A stretch of 64,000 nt of DNA from Nitrososphaerales archaeon (lineage in GTDB: Archaea; Thermoproteota; Nitrososphaeria; Nitrososphaerales; JACPRH01), in NCBI GenBank assembly GCA_030754585.1, contig JASMAB010000001.1, positions 6,523-70,522 on the forward strand, given 5' to 3'. Positions 46,556 through 55,948 of the stretch are shown here, one piece after another. A program made the translations under genes and the position numbers. The notes under the pieces were generated by a model. The model saw only the letters and a list, made by a program, of their open reading frames with translations, ran no database searches and was not told where the DNA came from. Numbering within the stretch: the first letter of the stretch is position 1; every line of letters starts with the position of its first letter.

Positions 46556-47947
46556 ATGCCTGATATTGAGGCACAAAAGGCCAAGAAAAAAGCAGCCACA
46601 CTTTCAATTGCGGCTGCTGTCTTGCTTACTTCTATAAAGATCGCATTAGCACTTGTTACCAACAGCCTTGCTATCTTTGCTTTGGCAGTTGATTCCATTC
46701 TAGATATAGCTGGTTCAGTTACTGCTTACTTATCTCTGAGGATATCTGGAAAACCTCCGGATTTGGAGCATCGATATGGACATGGCAAGATTGAGAACTT
46801 TGGTGGACTTCTGATAACAGGCATCCTAATAGTGACAGTATGTTTTCTTGCTTATGAGTCGATAAATAGACTTCTATTCGCTAGTACAACCATCTCACTT
46901 AATCTTTTTGGCATAGTTGGGATTTTGTTCAGCATAATTATTGAAATTGTGGTTGCTTGGAAATTGAAACGCATTGCTATTAGGTATAATAGCCAAGTGT
47001 TAGAAGCCAATTCTCTTCAATTTAAGATGGATATATGGACCCAAAGCCTCGTAGTAATCGGATTAATCTTAGTCGACATTGGGTATAGTACCGCGGACTC
47101 TATTATCGCCATTATTGTATCGATATATATAACCTATCTTGGCCTCAAGATTGGAGTAAAATCTATAGATGTTCTTCTAGACAGGGTACCTATCAATCTC
47201 GTAAAAAAAATAGAGAATGCAGTGGAAGGTGTGGAAGGTGTGGTAAAATATGAGAATCTGCGTGTCAGGACTTCAGGACCTCAAACCTTTGCAGATATAC
47301 GGATCCATGTTCCTCGAATCTTTTCTCTAGAAAAGGCACACAACATAGCCTCTGAAGTTGAAGGAAGAGTGAGGAATGCGATTCCGGATGTGGATGTCTT
47401 AGTTCATGTAGAGGCTGAGGAAGGAAATGAGAAGATGGTAGACAAGATTCGGCTAATTGCAACTGAAATACCAGGAATAAAAGGAATTCATGATTTGTGG
47501 GTTAGACAGGTTGAAAACTTGATTGAGATTGATGCACACATAGAGGTTGACTCGGAAGCTGCTTTAAGTAAAGCACATATCGCAGCATCCCAGCTTGAAA
47601 ATAGATTAAAGAAAGAGTTCATTGAAGATTCAACAATAACCATTCATATAGATACAGAGGTTGATCGAGTAATTTACCGAAAGCCTGAAAATATTCGGAT
47701 ACCTGGATTAATGAAAGCGATAGAAAATATTTTGGTAAATATTGATGAAGTAAAAAAATTTGGGGTAATTAATGTGAAGCGCTTCAATAATAAACTTCAT
47801 GTGTCAATATCATGCACCCTTAAGAAAGATTTGAAGGTGAAAGATGCGCACAAGGTATCAGAGAAGATAGAAGAAAAAATAATCTCTTCAGATAAGAATG
47901 TTACCAAAGTCTTTGTACATACAGAACCGCCTGCTGACAACGAATAA
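46556..47947 (+). CDS. cation diffusion facilitator (CDF) transporter with three tandem C-terminal cytoplasmic domains
   Basis: 463 aa. It has a 6-TM CDF core (HRYGHGKIENF) followed by three mutually similar repeats of about 75 aa each. Confidence 0.85.
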   Translation: MPDIEAQKAKKKAATLSIAAAVLLTSIKIALALVTNSLAIFALAVDSILDIAGSVTAYLSLRISGKPPDLEHRYGHGKIENFGGLLITGILIVTVCFLAYESINRLLFASTTISLNLFGIVGILFSIIIEIVVAWKLKRIAIRYNSQVLEANSLQFKMDIWTQSLVVIGLILVDIGYSTADSIIAIIVSIYITYLGLKIGVKSIDVLLDRVPINLVKKIENAVEGVEGVVKYENLRVRTSGPQTFADIRIHVPRIFSLEKAHNIASEVEGRVRNAIPDVDVLVHVEAEEGNEKMVDKIRLIATEIPGIKGIHDLWVRQVENLIEIDAHIEVDSEAALSKAHIAASQLENRLKKEFIEDSTITIHIDTEVDRVIYRKPENIRIPGLMKAIENILVNIDEVKKFGVINVKRFNNKLHVSISCTLKKDLKVKDAHKVSEKIEEKIISSDKNVTKVFVHTEPPADNE

Positions 47948-47994
47948 CATCGATGATACATAAGAGCATTGGTGAATATGTTTTTTTGTTAATG

Positions 47995-48103
47995 GTTCTT
48001 AGGGGCTTTGTTAAAGAAGGCAGATTTAGCAATTGTCTTTTTAAACAAAGGGCACTTTTTAATCAAAGCTGTTCTTAGGGTTACGCTTAAATAGCTTCTT
48101 AGG
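47995..48103. promoter_or_regulatory. repeat-dense intergenic element: 3 x (G/C)TTCTTAGG plus tandem CTTTTTAA(A/T)CAAAG
   Basis: GTTCTTAGG occurs at 47995 and 48071, and CTTCTTAGG at 48095. CTTTTTAAACAAAG (48037-48050) and CTTTTTAATCAAAG (48055-48068) are 13/14 identical. A TATA-like CTTAAATAG follows. Confidence 0.4.
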
Positions 48104-48131
48104 ATAAACGCAATTTTGGTGGATATTATTC

Positions 48132-48299
48132 ATGTCTTATACTAAAGGTCAAACTTGGGGAGCATTGAAGAAGGCTTGGAAAGCATATAAGATTGCCAAA
48201 GTTCAGAATGATAATGCAAGGATGAAAGAATATGCAACTAGAATACAAACTCTTCAGAAAGAACTTGGTTTAAAGCAAGCACAATTCGATGTACTCTAG
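48132..48299 (+). CDS. candidate small helical protein (55 aa), below the ORF-track cutoff
   Basis: My own translation gives MSYTKGQTWGALKKAWKAYKIAKVQNDNARMKEYATRIQTLQKELGLKQAQFDVL. It has an ATG start and sits just downstream of the repeat element in an otherwise empty 460-bp gap. Confidence 0.4.
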   Translation: MSYTKGQTWGALKKAWKAYKIAKVQNDNARMKEYATRIQTLQKELGLKQAQFDVL

Positions 48300-48407
48300 A
48301 TCCTGACTAATTCTTGATAATAAAACAATATTAATGATTCTCCCTTCCTAATTAGAGGGTTAACGATGAGTATATTAATACTAGAAATCCGCTTTTAGGT
48401 TACTGAT

Positions 48408-50153
48408 ATGAAGAATCTGTCTATAGAAAAATTTGTCTCAGATGTTGCTGAGCTAACTAAACCAGACGATATTATTTGGTGCGATGGTTCAGAGAAAGAG
48501 AATGAAACACTCATTAGTAAAATGTTGAAAGAAGGCATTTTTATCGAATTGAATCAAGAGAAAAACCCTAAAAGTTATCTCCATAGAAGTGATCCAAATG
48601 ATGTTGCACGAACAGAACATCTCACTTTTATTTGTAGTAAAAAAGAGGAAGATACAGGTCCAACAAATAATTGGTCGCAACCTGATCAGTTTAAGGTAAA
48701 ACTCAATGGTCTCTTTGATAGCGCTATGGAAGGAAGAACTATGTACATTGTGCCTTACTTAATGGGACCTGAAGGATCACCTTACTCTCAAGTAGGGGTT
48801 CAAATAACAGATAGTCCCTATGTCGTAGCAAATTTGCGTATAATGACTCGTATGGGAAAAAGAGCTTTAGATTACCTAGGAGAATCAGATAACTTTGTTA
48901 AAGGGATACACTCAACTGGTGACCTCAGTCCAGATCGACGATATATAGGTCACTTCCCAGAAGAACGTCTTATTATGAGTATAGGCTCAGGATATGGAGG
49001 AAATGCACTTCTAAGTAAGAAATGTCATTCACTTAGAATCGCAAGTGTAATTGCCCGAGAAAAAAACTGGTTGGCTGAACATATGCTTATTCTTGGAATT
49101 GAGAGTCCAGACGGTGAATTGACATATATTTCTGGTGCCTTTCCAAGCGCTAGTGGAAAAACAAATCTTGCATTAATGAAGCCTCCAGAAGGTTACAAAG
49201 ATTGGAAGGCTTGGACACTAGGAGATGATATTGCTTGGTTCCATATTGGTAAAGATGATCGGTTATGGGCGATAAATCCGGAAGCGGGTTTCTTCGGTGT
49301 TGCACCAGGGACAAATATGAAGAGCAATCCTAATGCGATTGCATCCTTAAAGAAAAATGCAATATTCACAAATGTAGCAGTGACTGCAGATGGAAATCCT
49401 TGGTGGGAGGGTTTAACGGTTGATCCTCCAAACAATTTAACAGATTGGCATGGTAAATTATGGAAGCAAGATAATGGCAAAGCAGCTCATCCAAATTCCC
49501 GTTTTACAACTGCAATTTATCAGACACCATCAGTATCTCCTAAGTTAGATGATCCACAAGGTGTTCCTGTCTCAGCTATGCTGTTCGGAGGAAGAAGAGC
49601 CAAGTTGACTCCTCTTGTTTATGAATCTTTCAACTGGGTTCATGGAGTCTTTATTGGGGCCACAATGGGTGCTGAAACTACTGCGGCAGCAGTTGGAAAG
49701 GTTGGAGTGATCCGTCGAGACCCTATGGCGATGAGACCTTTCTGTGGATATCATATGGCTGACTACTTCAGCCACTGGATAAAAATAGGTTCTTCAATGG
49801 TTAATCCACCCAGAATATTTCATGTGAACTGGTTTAGGCTTGATGAAAATGGTAAATTCATTTGGCCTGGTTTTGGAGACAACATTCGTGTCCTCAAGTG
49901 GATTGTAGATAGAGTAAAAGGAAGAGGGAAAGCCATCAAAACCCCAATAGGCTACATACCCACACCTGATGCGTTGGATATCAATGGTCTTAACATTTCT
50001 TCAAGTGAGTTAGCTGAGCTTCTAAGAGTGGATAATAATGCTTGGTTAGAAGAGATGAAAGAGATAAGGACGTTTTTCACTTCCTTAGGGAAGAAATTAC
50101 CCAATGATCTCTTGAAAGAACTAACTAATCTTGAAACAAGATTGAAAGCCTAA
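48408..50153 (+). CDS. pckG: phosphoenolpyruvate carboxykinase (GTP)
   Basis: 581 aa. Motifs SDPNDVARTE, GSGYGGNALLSKKC, FPSASGKTNLALM and WFRLDENGKFIWPGFGDN. Confidence 0.95.
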   Translation: MKNLSIEKFVSDVAELTKPDDIIWCDGSEKENETLISKMLKEGIFIELNQEKNPKSYLHRSDPNDVARTEHLTFICSKKEEDTGPTNNWSQPDQFKVKLNGLFDSAMEGRTMYIVPYLMGPEGSPYSQVGVQITDSPYVVANLRIMTRMGKRALDYLGESDNFVKGIHSTGDLSPDRRYIGHFPEERLIMSIGSGYGGNALLSKKCHSLRIASVIAREKNWLAEHMLILGIESPDGELTYISGAFPSASGKTNLALMKPPEGYKDWKAWTLGDDIAWFHIGKDDRLWAINPEAGFFGVAPGTNMKSNPNAIASLKKNAIFTNVAVTADGNPWWEGLTVDPPNNLTDWHGKLWKQDNGKAAHPNSRFTTAIYQTPSVSPKLDDPQGVPVSAMLFGGRRAKLTPLVYESFNWVHGVFIGATMGAETTAAAVGKVGVIRRDPMAMRPFCGYHMADYFSHWIKIGSSMVNPPRIFHVNWFRLDENGKFIWPGFGDNIRVLKWIVDRVKGRGKAIKTPIGYIPTPDALDINGLNISSSELAELLRVDNNAWLEEMKEIRTFFTSLGKKLPNDLLKELTNLETRLKA

Positions 50154-50205
50154 GCTATCTAATAGATAACATACATATGTAACCTATCAACTACTAGACA
50201 GTTCA

Positions 50206-51888
50206 ATGGAGCACAAATACCTTCAGTCACTTTTCTCGTTAGGCCCTATTGATAAAGGAGCCTTTGCGTTAAATGCTGAAGTAGCGGCAATATTTTGTTT
50301 AGCTGAAGGAAGGAGAAAGAAGAAGAGTTTCTTAAGCAGTAAAGAAGAAAAATTAGTTGTTCTTTGGAAAGCAAATTATCCAATATATGTAATGCAGTGG
50401 CTTGACCGCAGCATTCTTTTTGATGGATTAGGATTAATATCGGAAAACGTTCTTTACCGAGATATTATTGATCTGAAGCAATTTGAAAAAGAGCTTTCCA
50501 CCATTTCAAAAGTTGGTCCTTTGAGAGCATTTCTAACAAAACATACTAAGACATTCAGTGATTTTAAGGGAACCAGAAATATGAGAATTAATAACATTAT
50601 CTCAAAACAGTTGCTTTTATCTGAGATGACTGGGTTCATTCAAAAATCATCCTTTAGAACTCCAGATAAGAATACTGCAGTAATCTTTAGGGTAGATAAA
50701 CAAATGATAGATCAGATATTCTCAGATATTTGTGATCTTATGGAGCAAGTGGATGCTGGGTTAGAATCTTTAGAAAAAATAAGTAAGAGTCTTAGATCTA
50801 GTACCGATCGTGCAATACAGAAAGTACTTGATGACAAGCAGAAAGATTTTGAAAAACTCAATCAGGAATTGGAAAATCTAAAACCGATTGTTAAGAATAA
50901 GATAGATGAAATACAAAAAAAACAGAAAGAAGATATTCAGAATATCACAGAAGCAATGAAAAAAGACACTGATGCAATATTTGAAAAGAAGACTAGATAT
51001 GAAAAAGAAGTTAAGAAAACGAATCGTTTAGAAGATGAATCAAATGCAGAGAAGAAGGCATTAAGTCAACGTGGTGATGGTATAGGTGAAGAGTATTGGA
51101 GCAAGCAATCAAACAAAAACAAAGATCTCGCTGCAGATCTTATGAAAGCAATTAAGACATCCTTAGAAAAAATAGAAAAGATTCAATTTAGGTTTAATGC
51201 AAGTCTCAAACGGCTTAATGAGAAGTTTGAAAAAGAGATTAGGAATGAAGAGGCACGAGTGATTAACTTAGAAACCAAACGTGATGCGGAATCGGATATG
51301 AAAGATATGATCATCAATGAATTAGAGCATCGAAATTCGTTAATATCATCTCAGATTTCTAAACTATGTGAATCAAAACAAAAAGATAAAGCTAAATTTA
51401 TTGAAATGTCAACATCTTGGAGTCCAGAAAAAAATTGTGTGATCCTTATTCCTCTATATCTTGCGAAGTATGAAAATGGGGACAAAACACGGTATGAAGT
51501 ATTTGCTCCTGCAATAGTGAAAAGCTATGCAAGTTTTAAAAAAGCTAGAAGGGCGTTTACAAGTCTGGAATCAAAATTGTCACATCTGCTAACACCTGTT
51601 GGACCACAATTTGAAGCATTTTTAACAAAGGGCTTTGGGGACCTTATTACTAACAACAGGAAATTTGAAGACACGATACTTGAATCATCTTCTAAAATAA
51701 ATCTCTTTAAAGAATATGGACGTGGTAAATTATTCGGTAATGGAATGGATATTCTGAAGAATGAGGGTTGGTTGACTAATCAAGAGTATAAGAAAATGCT
51801 TTTTGGTTTGAACCTGGCATTTAAGCTAGCCCCCTTAGATGATCCAGATTTTGAAATTGAGGAATCTAAAAAGCCTCCTCCAAAGTAG
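50206..51888 (+). CDS. hypothetical protein with long central coiled coil
   Basis: 560 aa. Globular N-terminal (about 170 aa) and C-terminal (about 170 aa) regions flank a roughly 220-aa K/E-rich heptad-like segment. I recognised no enzymatic motif. Confidence 0.5.
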   Translation: MEHKYLQSLFSLGPIDKGAFALNAEVAAIFCLAEGRRKKKSFLSSKEEKLVVLWKANYPIYVMQWLDRSILFDGLGLISENVLYRDIIDLKQFEKELSTISKVGPLRAFLTKHTKTFSDFKGTRNMRINNIISKQLLLSEMTGFIQKSSFRTPDKNTAVIFRVDKQMIDQIFSDICDLMEQVDAGLESLEKISKSLRSSTDRAIQKVLDDKQKDFEKLNQELENLKPIVKNKIDEIQKKQKEDIQNITEAMKKDTDAIFEKKTRYEKEVKKTNRLEDESNAEKKALSQRGDGIGEEYWSKQSNKNKDLAADLMKAIKTSLEKIEKIQFRFNASLKRLNEKFEKEIRNEEARVINLETKRDAESDMKDMIINELEHRNSLISSQISKLCESKQKDKAKFIEMSTSWSPEKNCVILIPLYLAKYENGDKTRYEVFAPAIVKSYASFKKARRAFTSLESKLSHLLTPVGPQFEAFLTKGFGDLITNNRKFEDTILESSSKINLFKEYGRGKLFGNGMDILKNEGWLTNQEYKKMLFGLNLAFKLAPLDDPDFEIEESKKPPPK

Positions 51889-52211
51889 GATTAGAAAAAC
51901 ATTTTACAGTAGATTGTTTGATATGCTCTTGAATAATGTCTAAAGTTCTACCCTTTGTAGCTGGTGATCCTTATTGGAGTTTACGTGTCCTACGGCACTT
52001 GAAATTTTTAATGTCTCATAACCACAGTTACAAGAATACTTCCAACCACTTCCGGTTTTGGAACCCTCTTTTTGATTCATTGAAATCACTCCTTCGCGAA
52101 AGCGGCTGATAAAAAGAATAAAAAGGTTTTCAATGGATCTCCATCAATTCTTAATGATGGAACGGCATATAACTATTAAAAAAGGATCAAGTGTATGAAA
52201 AATGTTTTCAT

Positions 52212-52261
52212 TGATGAAGTGTTTAAATTATTCATTAAAAAATGAATTAAGGGGCAGCTGA
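52212..52261 (+). ncRNA. weak candidate C/D-box sRNA in the ADH leader
   Basis: A TGATGA (C) lies at 52212-52217 and a CTGA (D) at 52258-52261. An ATGA (C'-like) sits exactly 12 nt upstream of D. Flanks TTCA/TGAA can pair. D' is degenerate. Confidence 0.2.
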
Positions 52262-53284
52262 TTGAAGGCTATATTATTGAATGATGCCAGTGGGGCAGCT
52301 ATGAATGAGGTGACGAAACCCAATGTGGGAATTGGAGATATCTTGGTGGAAATGAAAGCATGTGGTCTCTGTGGAACCGATTTGGAAAAGATGCAGGGTC
52401 AGTATACTGCAGCAAAATCCGTTTTGGGGCATGAGGCTGCTGGGATAGTTGTAGAGACAAGTGAAGATGTAAACCAATTTACAGTTGGGGACAGAGTCTT
52501 TCCGCATCATCACACTCCTTGTAATAATTGTAGATTCTGCATGAAAGGGAATGAGACGATGTGTACACAATACAGATCTAGCAATCTTGATCCTTCTGGT
52601 TTCTCAGAATACTTCAAAGTACCATCGTGGAATATTAAGCAAGGAGGGGTACTTCAACTTCCAGAAAAAGTCAGCTACGAAGAGGCAAGTTTTATTGAAC
52701 CCATCGCCTGCTGCATAAGGGGATTATCTAGATCCAAGATTTCTTCAGATGATACAGTCCTAATTATTGGGGCAGGACCAGTAGGGCTTATCCATCTCCA
52801 ATTACTGAAACATATTGGATCGAATATATTGATAAGCGATGTCAACAAGAAAAGGCTCGCGATAGCTAAAACGCAGGGTGCTTCAAAAATCTATGATGTT
52901 GGAGAATGTGATATTCCCACTAGAATTAGAGAAGATACTGATGGCTTTGGAGCTGATGTTGCTTTGGTAGCCACAGGGAGCCCTAAAGGGATTATCCAAG
53001 CGTTAAAAGCGGTTAGAAAAGGAGGAACAGTTTGTCTATTCGGAGTTCCTGTTATAGGTTCAATATTGAATTATGATTTCAGTGACATTTTCAACTCAGA
53101 AATATCAATAATATCTAGTTATGGTGCAACAGAAATTGATACAAAGAAAGCTCTGGAAATGATAGAAAAACATAAAGTGGATCCAACATCACTAATCACT
53201 GATAGATTTACACTGGAAGAGTTTGATAAGGCGGTTAACAAAGCTGTAAAAGGCGAAGGTATGAAGATAATAATTACTCCCTAG
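52262..53284 (+). CDS. zinc-dependent medium-chain alcohol/polyol dehydrogenase (threonine/sorbitol dehydrogenase-like)
   Basis: 340 aa. Motifs CGLCGTD, GHEAAG, the structural-zinc motif CNNCRFCMKGNETMC and GAGPVG. TTG start. Confidence 0.85.
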   Translation: MKAILLNDASGAAMNEVTKPNVGIGDILVEMKACGLCGTDLEKMQGQYTAAKSVLGHEAAGIVVETSEDVNQFTVGDRVFPHHHTPCNNCRFCMKGNETMCTQYRSSNLDPSGFSEYFKVPSWNIKQGGVLQLPEKVSYEEASFIEPIACCIRGLSRSKISSDDTVLIIGAGPVGLIHLQLLKHIGSNILISDVNKKRLAIAKTQGASKIYDVGECDIPTRIREDTDGFGADVALVATGSPKGIIQALKAVRKGGTVCLFGVPVIGSILNYDFSDIFNSEISIISSYGATEIDTKKALEMIEKHKVDPTSLITDRFTLEEFDKAVNKAVKGEGMKIIITP

Positions 53285-53370
53285 CAATCAATATCCAACA
53301 AACTTATACAGTTATCTTTATAGAGGGAGACACATCCCATCGATGCAGTAAAAAGGAGACTTATTAAGAA

Positions 53371-54165
53371 ATGAATTGGGGACTAAAAAATCGACTTTCG
53401 AAAATAATTAAACCCAATACAGGCCATACAGTAATGCTTGCTGTAGATCATGGGTATTTTCAAGGTCCAACTACAGGCTTGAAAATACCTAGAAAAACAA
53501 TACAGCCACTTGCTCCATATGCAGATGCACTTATGCTAACACGCGGAATATTGCGGACCTCAATAGATGCTAACATAGAAACACCAGTGGTTCTTAGAGT
53601 TTCAGGAGGAACAAGTATACTTAAGGAACTGTCTAATGAAGGTATAACAACTTCAATGGAGGAAGCTATTCGCCTTAATGTGTCTGCGGTAGCGTTATCG
53701 ATTTTTGTTGGAGGCGAATATGAGAAGCAGACTTTGCTAAGTTTATCAAAATTAGTGGATGAAGGGGAACGATATGGTATCCCTGTATTAGCGGTAACCG
53801 CTGTTGGACGGGAAATGGCTAGAGATGCGCGTTACCTAGGTTTGGCATGTCGTATCGCTGCTGAATTGGGAGCACATATTGTCAAAACGTATTTCTGTGA
53901 AGGATTTGAAAAGGTTGTTGAAGGCTGTCCTGTGCCAATGGTTATGGCAGGTGGGAAGAAAATACCTGAAAAAGAAGCATTACATCTGACTTTTAATGCA
54001 ATTCATGCTGGAGCTGTAGGTGTGGATATGGGTAGGAATATTTTTCAATCTGATTCGCCTATACCTATGATCAAAGCTGTCCGTTCAATCGTACATGAAA
54101 ATGCGACTGCAGACGAAGCATACAAATTATTCAATCAATTAAGGGAAGAAAAGAATCCGCAATGA
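53371..54165 (+). CDS. class I aldolase of the DhnA/LsrF/ADH-synthase family
   Basis: 264 aa. Motifs [16 protein letters not shown] and the Schiff-base Lys context HIVKTYF. The substrate cannot be assigned from the sequence. Confidence 0.7.
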   Translation: MNWGLKNRLSKIIKPNTGHTVMLAVDHGYFQGPTTGLKIPRKTIQPLAPYADALMLTRGILRTSIDANIETPVVLRVSGGTSILKELSNEGITTSMEEAIRLNVSAVALSIFVGGEYEKQTLLSLSKLVDEGERYGIPVLAVTAVGREMARDARYLGLACRIAAELGAHIVKTYFCEGFEKVVEGCPVPMVMAGGKKIPEKEALHLTFNAIHAGAVGVDMGRNIFQSDSPIPMIKAVRSIVHENATADEAYKLFNQLREEKNPQ

Positions 54166-54204
54166 TCTGAATTTCAGTAAGGCTGCAAGGAAATCAATTC
54201 TGCT

Positions 54205-54468
54205 CTAGAACTTACGTTCCCATTCTTTAATTGTGTACTTGCGAAGACTATGAGAGTGATATGGATCAGCCTTAGCTAGATCTATTGCCTGATTATAGGA
54301 TTCTGCTTCAAGAATATATATTCCTCCAGAACCATCAGAGAATTTTCCAGCTATCCTAAGATTTCCCATTTTTTTCAGTTTACTAATATATTCCAAGTGG
54401 TCATTTCTATGGGGGGAAGTCTTCTCGCGTTCAACGTCCAGATTTGAAATTACAATATATTCGGGCAT
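54205..54468 (-). CDS. YciI-like protein
   Basis: 87 aa with a YciI-type pattern (R.DHLEYISKLKKMGNL..AG...DGSGG..ILEA.S...A..LAKADPY). Confidence 0.6.
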   Translation of the reverse strand: MPEYIVISNLDVEREKTSPHRNDHLEYISKLKKMGNLRIAGKFSDGSGGIYILEAESYNQAIDLAKADPYHSHSLRKYTIKEWERKF

Positions 54469-54604
54469 ATCTTGAAATTAGGTAAAGCCTTAGATTAATG
54501 TTTATCGCACTAAATAATGCATTGAAAACTACCAGCAAATATTTCATAAATATTATCTAGAGATAATTTATCAGCGGCTTACATTCTGAGTAGAAAATGG
54601 ATTT

Positions 54605-55474
54605 TCAAGAAGATACAGAAAAATTTGTGAGCTCTTCACTTACTTTCCAAAGTTTTTCTCCAATATTTTTGTCATATGATTTAACTGAAGTTCGAACTTC
54701 TTTCTTCTTTACGAAATATTTACCATTAATATTCGCCACATTTGGTGAAGTTGCAAGATAGATACTTGTCTCTGCACCATTTTCTGAACTCATTGCAAAT
54801 AATTGAAGAAAACGCAAAATTAAACGAAAAGCACCACTCATATTGGATCCGAAACTTGAAGCAACAAATCCGGGATGCAAAGCATTTGATGTAACTCCAG
54901 ATCCTTCCAATTTACGCGCCAATTCATATGTGAATAAGATGTTGGCAAGTTTAGACTGCCCATAGGCACGCATTACACCATATTTCTTTGTCCCTTGTAT
55001 GTCATCAAAATTTATTTTTGCTCCTTTATGCGCATCTGAAGATACATTTATGATCCTAGAAGGGGCACTTGCTTTAATTGTCCCTAGCAATAAGTTTGTT
55101 AGAAGAAAATAGCCTAGATGATTCAACGCAAAAGTCATTTCGAGTCCATCCACGGTTTCAATACGTTTGTTAAAAACTGCTCCAGCATTATTCACCAAGA
55201 TGTCTAATCGCTTAAATTTACCCGTAAAATCTTCAGTTAGCTGGCGAACTTCTTTCTGAACTGACAAATCAGCTAGCATGTATTGAACATTAGGATTCCC
55301 CGTCTTCTTTTTGATTTGATCAACTACAGAAAAACTCTTTTCTTTGTTGCGGCCAACTACAATAACGGTGGCACCTTCTTGAGCTAATGCTTTGGCAGTC
55401 ACTACCCCAATACCTGAGGTAGCACCAGTTACCATACAGACATTTCCTTTCAAAGATTTTCTTATTTCCGTCAT
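54605..55474 (-). CDS. short-chain dehydrogenase/reductase (classical SDR)
   Basis: 289 aa. Motifs VTGATSGIG, NNAG and YGQSK. Confidence 0.9.
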   Translation of the reverse strand: MTEIRKSLKGNVCMVTGATSGIGVVTAKALAQEGATVIVVGRNKEKSFSVVDQIKKKTGNPNVQYMLADLSVQKEVRQLTEDFTGKFKRLDILVNNAGAVFNKRIETVDGLEMTFALNHLGYFLLTNLLLGTIKASAPSRIINVSSDAHKGAKINFDDIQGTKKYGVMRAYGQSKLANILFTYELARKLEGSGVTSNALHPGFVASSFGSNMSGAFRLILRFLQLFAMSSENGAETSIYLATSPNVANINGKYFVKKKEVRTSVKSYDKNIGEKLWKVSEELTNFSVSS

Positions 55475-55639
55475 AATTTTATCACCTTCTTTTTATTCTT
55501 ATTAATTCTTCGGACATTGTAAGTGGAGCAAGATCAAATTTCTATAATCAAGGCACATTATTATTACCGTAAGGTTTAATCATCAAGTACAATGATAGCT
55601 TATCGATGACCTAATCCATATGGGTTGGCCTCATCTATT

Positions 55640-55739
55640 GGCCGCTGTAGTGTAGCCTGGTTAGCATAAGTGACTGTGGATCTCTAGGTCGTGGGTTCGA
55701 AAACCCGTCTAAGGGTAGAAATTCCCACCGGCGGCCCCA
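55640..55739 (+). tRNA. tRNA-His(GUG) with a 21-nt insert in the T-loop; G-1 and 3' CCA are genomically encoded
   Basis: The fold is G(-1) GCCGCTG TA GTGT AGCCTGGTTA GCAT A AGTGA CTGTGGA TCTCT AGGTC GTGGG [28 nt where 7 are expected] CCCAC CGGCGGC C CCA. G-1:C73 is the His identity pair. Confidence 0.8.
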
Positions 55740-55948
55740 TTATCAGTCAGATATTATTCCTGTCAATTTGAATTAATTGAGCTCAAATCCATCTTCTCAT
55801 ATATCCGCAAATGTTACATATATTTTCAGCATTTTGTTTCCGCATAAGCTCGACTCATTTTGAATATTTACTGATTTAGTAATTTTTAAATCATAATATC
55901 ACTGATAACGCCATATTTATATTATTTCGATGATTTCATAATGGAAAC

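Noticed and set aside
51940-52080. An unlisted 46-aa minus-strand ORF (MNQKEGSKTGSGWKYSCNCGYETLKISSAVGHVNSNKDHQLQRVEL) in the gap before the ADH gene.
   Set aside because: It has only a single CxC, no clear fold signal, and no evidence of conservation available to me. It is noted but not reported as a gene.
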